Shown piece after piece: positions 43,370 to 64,000 of a stretch of DNA of 64,000 nt; positions within the stretch are counted from its first letter, which is position 1; each line of letters starts with the position of its first letter. Origin of the DNA: Hormiphora californensis. Lineage: Eukaryota; Animalia; Ctenophora. The translations under genes were made by a program, and so were the position numbers. The stretch covers positions 7,688,001-7,752,000 of the forward strand of contig CM035358.1 of NCBI GenBank assembly GCA_020137815.1. Reading direction: 5' to 3'. Below the pieces are notes generated by a model, which did not search any database, was not told the origin of the DNA, and was given only the letters and a program-made list of their open reading frames with translations.

Positions 43370-44869
43370 CATCTTATCTAGGTTGTCAGTGGAGGAAGGA
43401 GGAAGGAGGAGGGATACGAAAAGAATGACGCGGAATGTTCTGCGGCTCATGGTGAGAACTTGCAATTTCATTTCTCAAATTAAGAGATTTTTGGGGCGCA
43501 TAATTATGGACTCATGGTTTTAATTGAATGGACCCATAATTTTAATTAAATGGACTCGTACCCTCAGAGGCGGAGGAGAGAAAGAAACTGGGGACTGATC
43601 CAATGTTCAAGTTGCAATACAAAAACAAGGACGAACAAGTCGTTATGGATGCTGAACCACTTCTCGACATTTTACAGGTGTGTGACTTGACTCATGATCC
43701 CCCTGGCAACGAAGTTACCCTTCCCTTCTCGGAGCTAAGCACGCCCTACGAAGGTCGCGTACATCCGCCCCCTCCCATTCCTTTATCTGCATTTCTATCG
43801 ACTTCCCCCTCCTAAAACAGACAGATCGAGAAGAGTGGAAGGATGATTACCAGTCAAATAAAGCGCTGAGGAAACGACACCGGGAGGAGACAAAAAGTGA
43901 CAAATTCGCTGATAGCAAACTGAAAAAGAGTGGTCTGGCTATCAAGATGTTACCATCTAGTTCGGCCGATAAGTTGACCAGTTCTGTTGTTCGATTCACC
44001 ACAGACAGTAAGTGTGTTTGTGTGTTTGTTTGTTTGTTTGTTTTTATTTGTTTGCTTGTTTGTTTGTGTGTGTGTTTGTCTGTTTGTCTGTTTATTTGTT
44101 TGTGTTTGTTTGTTTGTCTGTTTGTTTGTTTGTTTGTTTGTTTCTTAGTTCGTTGGCTTGGTTGTTTGTTTGTCTGTTAGTTAGTTAGTCTGTCTGTCTG
44201 TCGCTTTGTGTGTCTGTCTGTTTGTGGGCATACCATAACGGCTAGTACAGAATCTAGGTCACGATTTTCTACAAATATTCCAACTCCGCTTTTTATCCGC
44301 ACAGGTAACAGTGCAAAGTTAAAGAAGAGGTCTTCTCTCAGTTCGATCTTCTCCTCGAAGAAAACGGAGCTTCTCTCTACCTTCCGGGAATCGGGGATTA
44401 AAGCTCCCAGCAGCACTGGAGGAACGGGGGTCCAGGGAGGGTTGAAAAACAGCAGTTGTTTAATTGTGGTGAGTAGAAGAATTAGAGAAACATATTTTAT
44501 AGGGAGTATGTATGAAACAGGTTCGATATGAAATAGTTTGTACCCGATACTTCTTCAATTCTCTTAGTGAAAGTGAAGAAGAGTTGGGTGCAAACTATAT
44601 TATTTACCTTGGTAACGAAATTACCCCTTCCAGGCTGGATCGCGGTACTATAATAGGGCACACAATTAAACATGCCTGCAAGGTGGGGGTAATTTCGTTA
44701 CCATGTATTTACCGTTTTTACCGTGTTTTTTTCTGGATTTTACTTGGGTGAATTTTAAATCGTTCCTGCGAATTTGTCACAACTACCCCTGCGAACAAGT
44801 CACGTTTTCCCTCACCATTTTTCCGTTCCACCCCCAATAGATCGAGGAGGGTGCAAACATTTATTTCTG

Positions 44870-44916
<47 letters not shown>

Positions 44917-44950
44917 CCCCCCCCCCTCTCTCTCTCTCTCCCCCCCCCCC

Positions 44951-45021
<71 letters not shown>

Positions 45022-45413
45022 GCCCTCTCTCTCCATTGTTCTACCTACAGAAAAGACGAAAATCTTCCGGAGAAGGGGCCGCCAGACCATCTAAAAGCTG
45101 CTCTGTGTCGAATGACGAAACCTCCCAATCCTTCAGCAGTTCAGTACTCTCAGTGGGGCGTAAAAACTCTAACGACTCACTCTCTGGTAACATACTGTCT
45201 TGTAATAAGGAACAAGGGCCCGGTACATCGTATTGTAATAACGAAGTTGGTGAAAAAACATATTATGGAACTCAGATTGAAGATCCTGAAGGACTAGTTA
45301 ACCCAGAGACAGTGGTAGACTCAGCTGCTGGAACAAGCGGTTTAAATGTGAGTGGTGGGGTAAATGGGTCATTAGTTTCTGGTTATTCTTCAACTGATGA
45401 TAGCAGTAGTTGA
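41827..45413 (+). CDS. YJU2B: Splicing factor YJU2B (CCDC130), 7 exons
   Basis: [102 protein letters not shown]-terminal [13 protein letters not shown]. Confidence 0.95.
41902..42604. mobile_element. Non-autonomous multi-hairpin insertion in YJU2B intron 1
   Basis: Outer stem 41905-41938 / 42074-42108 enclosing three hairpins; perfect inverted repeat ATGAAACCCGATAGC (42107-42121) / GCTATCGGGTTTCAT (42587-42601). Confidence 0.65.
44610..44703. mobile_element. Tiny TGGTAACGAA-type MITE
   Basis: Perfect 18-bp TIR TGGTAACGAAATTACCCC / GGGGTAATTTCGTTACCA; degenerate 11-bp flanking repeat. Confidence 0.75.
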
Positions 45414-45715
45414 CAGTGACGTCACGTGACTAATAGTAACCATGGTAACCAACATATGGTTACCATGGTTACTAACTAATGGTTACCATAGTTTACTTCT
45501 TAACTCAAATATGTACACAGAAGAAATTCGAAAAGTTTTTGTGTCTGTGTATAATTTTAGTTACTTTTTCAGAAGATTTAGTTATTTATTCTTGTCAATA
45601 CGTTTTTTAGACCGAAACCACTCTGCGTTTTTATCAGCACCCGTTCAACCCAAAATAATGCCTTTTCCATGTTTTTAGCTGATGACATCATAGCCGTGTG
45701 ACGTCACGTGTTACC

Positions 45716-56799
<11,084 letters not shown>

Positions 56800-57083
56800 A
56801 GTGGTATGGTAGTTTGTTTGTTGGTTATTTTAACATGAAACTATAGCAATTTTATATTTTAAATTATACTGTTCTCTTTTTAAATTTACAATGACGTTTT
56901 ACAATTAATTACTCGTGTACCGGTTGTCGTTTTGTCTTATTAGACTCCTGGTATGCCCCATCTAAACCCCCTTCTAAAGTTCTACTACTAATTTCACTCC
57001 CACAGTATTACACCCTAATTTCACTACTATCTAACACAATTTCCAGTACCTATATTAACTTCATTCCCTGTTCCCAGCTAGCC

Positions 57084-57491
57084 ATGTCAGAAAGTAGGAT
57101 TCGTGCAGTTTTTGCCCGCTACTCCGACCCCGCTACAGGCATCCTACCTCTGGAACACTTCAAAGAAGCATCAATTGCTCTCACTGGATCAAAACCAACC
57201 AAACGAACTGTAATAAGTCTCTACACTGAGTTACCCGTGATGGACGAAGATACTTTCATTCGTCTTCAGCTGACCTCCCTTCCCACAGATCATAGACTTG
57301 CTAAAGAGGTATTCCAGGCACTAGATTGGAGCTGCAATGGGTTCATTACCCGGTCTGATTTTGTGAGAGGAGTTAGAGAGGTCATGCCAAGGTTTACTGG
57401 GGCTGGGGAGTTGTTTGATAAGGTGGACTGGGATAGTGATGGGAGGGTGAGTTGGAGGGAGTTCTTGGGTGTCATGGGAGACGGAGTTTAG
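57084..57491 (+). CDS. EFCAB11: EF-hand calcium-binding protein, EFCAB11-like, single coding exon
   Basis: 135-aa ORF: LEHFKEASIALTGSKPTK, VFQALDWSCNGFITRSDF, LFDKVDWDSDGRVSWREF. Confidence 0.8.
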   Translation: MSESRIRAVFARYSDPATGILPLEHFKEASIALTGSKPTKRTVISLYTELPVMDEDTFIRLQLTSLPTDHRLAKEVFQALDWSCNGFITRSDFVRGVREVMPRFTGAGELFDKVDWDSDGRVSWREFLGVMGDGV

Positions 57492-57786
57492 GTGTTATCT
57501 GTGGCGTCATGGAATGATGGTTGTCATGGTAACAAACAAGCCAGAGTAACGGTAGTCACACCGGTTACCATGGGTACAATTGTGTGTGGGTGAGTGAAAC
57601 TTTTTATCAAATGTATACTGTATAAACATTGTATTATAGACCATGTACATTTTAACCCTATTTTATTATTAGTCATGTTACATCGATTATATCGCTTGTT
57701 TTCCTTGATGTCCCCCTCCCCCATTTTCCACAGCAGCGTGGCTATTTCCCCCGTTCTTTTTAATAGTTTCTCGCCTGGCCTCGTTC

Positions 57787-58579
57787 TAGTAGAGTCGATA
57801 ACTACATCGACCTCTCCCAATTGTTCCAGTTTTTGTCACATCTGTTTGGAGCCTCGACACGACCTCTAAACAGGTGTTACTTTTTCACAAACTGTTTTCA
57901 TCTTGGTGTAATCAGCATTTGAAATGTTGCTGATCATAACAAAAACCTAACTATTTTTTTTCAACTTGGGGTAAAACCATGGGTGTCAAAAGTTAGCTCT
58001 AGGTCCCCTGAGTAACCATCCGGAGACTCTAAGAGATATTTCAAGCCGTTCTCCTGTAATCATTAATCCCGGTAGAGCACATATTTGAGTATGAACGTAC
58101 GTGCAATTGCCTACAACCTCAACTTTAATGTATAACGTTAATGTGTGTCTCTCTCTTTTCTCCCCCTTGAGAAAGAGTTATCTCGCGCGGCGCAACCGCA
58201 CGTGCGGTTTTTCCAGAGAGAGTGAGAGACATACAATAACATGTAAACAGCCTGCCAGCGCTCACGTACGTCCGCATTGTATTTTTTTCTCCACCGGGAT
58301 TAATGATTACGGGAGAACGGCTTGAAATATCTCTTAGAGTCTCCGGATGGTTACTCAGGGGATCTAGAGCTAACTTTTGACACCCATGGTTTTACCCCAA
58401 GTTGAAAAAAAATAGTTAGGTTTTTGTTATGATCAGCAACATTTCAAATGCTGATTACACCAAGATGAAAACAGTTTGTGAAAAAGTAACACCTGTTTAG
58501 AGGTCCTGTCGAGGCTCCAAACAGATGTGACAAAAACTGGAACAATTGGGAGAGGTCGATGTAGTTATCGACTCTACTA
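57787..58579. mobile_element. MITE with ~286-bp TIRs, Academ-like termini
   Basis: TAGTAGAGTCGATAAC...GTTATCGACTCTACTA; near-identical arms 57787-58072 / 58293-58579; 3-bp TSD TTC. Confidence 0.88.
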
Positions 58580-58944
58580 TTCCCTTGAGCTAGTTAGAAG
58601 AAATCACTACTGTGTTTTAGTGTTCTGACAGCTGCCAACCACCCCCTCCCTCCTCTAATAAACATCTTCGTAATACGCAGCTATAGTTTAACAGCTAAAT
58701 CCCTGGCCCCCTTTCAACTGAGGTAACAGCTTTCACTGTGTTGCCTGCCGCGGAGTGTTTACTAGCTAAATCCCTCAAAAAGCCCCCTTTTAACTGTCCC
58801 CACTACTTTAAATATGACAGTTTACTGTTAACCCTCTCTTTTTACAGCTCCGCTAACTACTCCCTAACAACTAAAACCGTTTACCCATAACCACCTCCCC
58901 TCCGCTGTTAACCTCTTCTTCCCCCCCCCCCTCTCTCTCCCATC

Positions 58945-59011
<67 letters not shown>

Positions 59012-59051
59012 CTCTCTCTCTCTCTACTTTATAGCGAATGTCACGGTTTTT

Positions 59052-59152
59052 ATGAGTTATGACCACAGTTCAGTTTCAAATGGGGAAAACGCCGTACAAG
59101 GTAACTATGAAATGAAATTTGAAATGATTGAATTTTAGTAGGCCATGTCACC

Positions 59153-59189
<37 letters not shown>

Positions 59190-62100
59190 TCTATCCCTCT
59201 CTCTCTCTCTCTATCCCTCTCTTAATCTCTCACTCCGCTTCTCTCTCTCTCTCCCTCTCTCACTCTCTCCCTTCATCTCCATCACCCTCTCTCTCTCCCT
59301 CAGGTGAGATAGAACTCCTCGAGTCATCCTACCAGACCTTCCAACGAGATCCAGATGACAGGTACACATGTACCTTGGTGCTGGTACCTCAAGAAGAGCC
59401 CTACTATGTAGCAGTTCAACTCTCCTTCCACCTCCACCCACCCTACCCCGTGGATGCACTGAGGGTGGAAGTCAGGTCTGATACTGATCACCTAGCAACG
59501 GAACACACCATGGGACTTGCTGATCATCAGGTACAGTAGTTGTTGGACAGGTACAGTTGTAGAGGACAAGAGACCTGTGATCCCCCTCCCGCCTTACCCA
59601 TTCAAAATTCCCTACTTAACTAAAGCAGAGGTTCTCTCGTCTCCCCCTTCACCTTGCCCTTGGGTCCCCTATCCCCTAGCACCCCCTTTTAATCACTACC
59701 ACTTTTACTTGTGTCATATAAGACTGTCCTCCCTGCGCCGAGAGGCACTTTTTATTACAGTCAGAGCCTGACAACCATCACCCCAACAGGTGAAACAACT
59801 CCAAGAGTCAGTTGACCGTATCTGCGAGGAACACAAGGGTGAAATAGCATGCTGGTTTGTTGTTGAGCACGTCAAGGAATTCATCACCGTCCACAATGTC
59901 CGTAATGTCAGTCTCCACGATGCCATGTCCACCGCCCCTCCCAAACCATCCGACCAACAACATGATCTAATGATTGTCGTTGCAGAGAACAGGACTTTTG
60001 AGAAGAGTTTCCCGCCGTGCCTCCAGCCGGGGGATAGGAGGGTGTTCCATACAAACCCCTCCCATCCAACCGCCAACAATTCCATCTCTGTGGTGTGTCA
60101 GGGAGAGTTCAGGGACCGGAAAGGAGTGTTTGATGCTGTGGATGCCATCACTTTCAAACGACACGTGATATTAGAGTACGTTCTGGAGCTATCTTCTGTC
60201 AAAATAAAGGATACTCTCCGAAAGGTTCTGAAGGATTTCAACCGATCAAAACTCCCTCATAGACACCTCCTTGATTACCAGTCCGTCCTGTGCAGTGTTG
60301 AGAACCCCAGCAACGTTGTGCACGTGTTAACAAGTGAGGTCTGGGCACTATCCGAGATGCTGACTACCAAACAACCGTATAGCAACACCAGGGAACTGGG
60401 GAAACATGTTATCAGTGCCTTGAAATACCTCCACAACCAGCAGGTCTACCATGGGTGTCTAACTGTCCACTCAGTGTATGTTAATAGGAAGGGAGTTCAT
60501 CTGGTAGGTGATTACGGGGCATTTGGAAAGACTTTACTGGTCAAAAGTACGCAGCGGCCTATGATGAGGGACCAGGTGACGTTAGAGTTCTGTATCGAGG
60601 AGACCAAGGAGTCTGGTGTTGGGTTGGATGTGTTGTTGCTAGGGAACATGATTCTACACGTCACCATGGGAACACCCCCAACAACTCTCTATCCTAGCCC
60701 ACCTAGTGCCCTGGAACCGACCCTCCTCAGTTTTATCAAATCTGCTACTAGTGAACTTCAGCATTGTCGATCTTCGCTGGAGAACCTGGAGATATCAGAG
60801 TACATTGTGGGAGATGATGGGGAGGAAGGAGATGAGCTAGGTAAGATAATCTCTCTCTCTCTCTCTTTAGTTAAAATAAAAAATCTCTCTATAGTTCTCA
60901 CCTTAGTAAAAGTAACAATCTCACTATTTCCAGGGTTTGACGATAGTCCCATCACGGAGGCAGGGGAGCAAGAACGAGCTGCTTTCAGCTACAGCACATC
61001 AGAACCCAACCAAACAGGATCAGCAGGGATCTGGGACGACAGTGACATTTTCAATAGTTACTTCATTTTTATGAGTGTGCTAGGTACTGGAGGGTTTGGA
61101 AGTGTTCTGAAAGTGAAACACAGGATCGATAGACAGGTGTATGCTTTGAAGGTCATCAAGCTCTCCCGACCAACCAAAGCAACGAAGGATCAGATGAAGC
61201 GTGAGGTGAGACCTCACTCCTTAGTAATTGTAACAATCTCTCTTCAGTAAAAGTAACAACCTCTTTAGTAAAAGTAACAATCTCTCCAGGTGGAAATGTT
61301 GTCAAGGATCCAGCACGAGAACATAGTCCGGTATCACAACGTGTTATGTGACCACGTGAAGAGAGGCAGTCAGAGTTGGGGGAGTGAGGGTGATAGTAGT
61401 GATGGAGGTGGAGAGGATCATGATCAGGGAGGTAAGAATCTCTCTTTAGTTAATGTATCAATCTCTCTTTAGTTCTCTTTAGTAAAAGTAACAATCTCCC
61501 TTTAGTAAAAGTAACAATCTCACTTTAGTAACAGTAATAATCTCCCTTTAGTAAAAGTACCAATCTCACCAGGTGGAGATCACCAAGGAGATCACGGTGT
61601 AGAGGAAACATCCAGTGACGATGAATATAAATTCACCCTCTCCACACGAAACATCAGATCCCGCTACATATCCAACGATGGGTCTGATATTGTATTTGAT
61701 CCCGCCCTGGCAGCAGACACACCCAGTAAGGAGGTGGATGAGGAGATCCATGACTCTCCTTGGGAGGAAGAGACGGATCTGGGTTTCACGGGACAACCCC
61801 CAAAATCATCAGAACCACCTCAACAAGTCTCATCAGATAAAATCTTTGTGATGTACATTCAAATGGAGTACTGTGAGAATAAAACTCTGAGGAACCTAAT
61901 TAATGATCCAGCATTCCACACTGACTGGGAACAGATAACACGGATTCTAAGGGAGATTATTGATGCACTAGAGTATCTGCACGAAGTAGCAACGACTATT
62001 CATCGGGATTTGAAACCCGAGAACCTCTTCTTGGACTCCAAGAATAATGTCAAAGTTGGAGATTTTGGGTTGGCCATCAAAGGAGCGGCTGGTTCCGCTA

Positions 62101-64000
62101 CGTTTTCTGGTTCTGAAGCTGGAACGAGGGTCTACATGGCTCCTGAGACCAAGAAGAGAGAACTGTCCAACAAGATCGATATTTACAGTCTTGGAGTGAT
62201 CACTTTTGAGATGGTACGAGGTCCTTTTGTAACTCAATCCGAGAGACTGATGGAGCTGAGCGAGATCAGAAAACCGGAAGTTAACCTCCCTAAGGATGTC
62301 TTTAAAGGGGAAAAGATGGAGAAATTAGGTCAGGTTGTTCGTAGAATGTTGTCCCATAATCGTGATAAACGTCCCTCAGCTGCAGAGTTGTCAAATAATG
62401 ACATACTGCCACCACGACTTGCTCAGGAGGGAATAAAGCACATCATCAGGCACATCCATTCTGACAAGGATAGTCCACGGAGAGCACAACTATTTGATTG
62501 TTTGTACAATGATACCATAGCAACCAAAGTAATGGCGGGGTATATCAGTCCTTGTAACCAACGAGCCGAGAGTTTTACTAAACGAATGAATGACATTATA
62601 GACCCAATGACAGAGGTATTTACTAGACATGGAGCGGTCCAATGTCCCCTACCCTTCCTGCTACCCAAATGTGATCTAACAGATGGACAGAGACGTCCCT
62701 TCCCTCTGATCACCCGGTACGGTCACTACTACGTCCTCCCTAACAACCTCAAGTTGAATCTTGCTAAGCACGTGCTAGATAACCGGATCACCAATATCAA
62801 GAGGTACGGGTTCACCCAGGTGTTTAGGCAGCGGAAACAAGAACCAAAGGAGGTGGTCCGGTCCTCCGAACCTGAAGAGATCCTGGAAGGGTCATTTGAT
62901 GTAATTACCAAGGGACACCACCAGCTAGCCAAGGCTGAAGTGCTGACCACAATATTGGATGTACTGCACAACCTTAACAGAAAACCAGGGAAGTACACGG
63001 TATACATCAATCACACCAAGATTGTAGAGGCGATACTCTGTTACTTTAACATCCCTGAGAGTCATAGACATGAGATGCTACACGCGATCTATAAACTCTC
63101 CGGAGATTACAAGAAACTGTATGAGTACCTAAAGCTGGAAACTCGTGATACAAACATGAGAGAGAAGAATATCAGTGACTTGCTGAGACTTCTAAAACAC
63201 GAGGGCCCAATCCAGTATATCTCCAAGTCTAGATCCCCTGATATCTTCCATACCATTCTCTACAAGCACAAAGCAAAGGGGCTGTTCCGAGATGGGCTCA
63301 CTGAGATACTTCAGATACTGTTGCTTACTCAGGGTTTTGATAGGTTTGATGAGCAGCAGGAGGTGCTAAGAGACGACCGAAAACTCGAGGACTTGGTAAC
63401 ACTCCTCAATGAGAAGGATTTGGAGATGGTCAAGTTTAGACCGGGTGTTCTGAATGATCCGACCTGTTATCGTGGTCTGACTATCCAAGTTGTTGTCCAC
63501 AATGATGAGACGAGTGATCACTTGCTGGTAGCAAAGGCCGGGGATTTTAGGAATCTACTAGAGAAATGGAAGGTGACTGAGAGGAGTGATTTTGAGATTC
63601 CAGCCGCTGCTTTTGGGGCTACCTTCCTACTAGAAGAGATGTGTGAACAGCGAGGACTCGATCCTAGGACCAAGATTCTGATCACGTGTAAATTCCCGGA
63701 ACACTCTGAAGGGGTCTACTTCCTGACAAGACGGTTAGCGGAGAACGACATAGCGGTGGAGATAGCGGCTGAAGAGCAGCATGAACCCATCCACGCTGTC
63801 CACAGTGTGTCCTTCATAGGTCCTAACAGTGTTTTGGTTAGGTCCCTCCAGGATGAAAGTAGTGGGAAGTACACCTGGCCGGTCCAAATGGAGCTGGAGA
63901 GGGCGGTTGAGCATCTCCTGACGGAGGTGGGGAGACCCAGGGGCAAGACGACCAGGAGGGAGACAAGTCCTGGGGGATCAGGGTTGGGGGATGTTGGGGA
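59052..64000 (+). CDS. EIF2AK4: eIF2-alpha kinase GCN2 (RWD, pseudokinase, kinase, HisRS-like); continues past window end
   Basis: Exons 59052-59100, 59304-59531 (RWD: EIELLESSY...YP), 59790-60840, 60933-61206 (LGTGGFGSVLKVKHRIDRQVYALK), 61290-61431, 61573->end (YIQMEYCE, IHRDLKPENLFLD, DFGLA, GTRVYMAPE, EVFTRHGA). Confidence 0.92.

Overview
Eukaryotic (animal) genomic DNA with GT-AG introns, abundant (GA)n/(CT)n microsatellites and many MITEs. A ctenophore-like origin is my inference only. Nine housekeeping genes are all on the + strand: the last exon of a Ctr/SLC31 copper transporter, ATG4C/D-type protease, PGP/PDXP-type HAD phosphatase, an ABHD1-3-like hydrolase, MTREX (MTR4/SKIV2L2), YJU2B (CCDC130), HINFP, EFCAB11 and GCN2/EIF2AK4 (runs off the window). 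Most are tightly packed, with an unpaired splice-acceptor AG just before the start codon, which suggests SL trans-splicing or an operon. Two genes lie on the - strand inside introns. One is an intact IS630/Tc1/mariner-type DD95E transposase with at least 14 exons, fused to two CXC (tesmin/CRC-like) domains. The other is a secreted Sushi-domain protein inside HINFP. Introns repeatedly carry tandem duplications anchored on splice junctions; the largest is an ~11-kb array of an MTREX exon end plus its donor site. Single-base frameshifts in conserved genes and two garbled stretches (~22370-22900, ~36400-39050) indicate imperfect sequence quality. All gene models were spliced and translated by eye; no searches were run.
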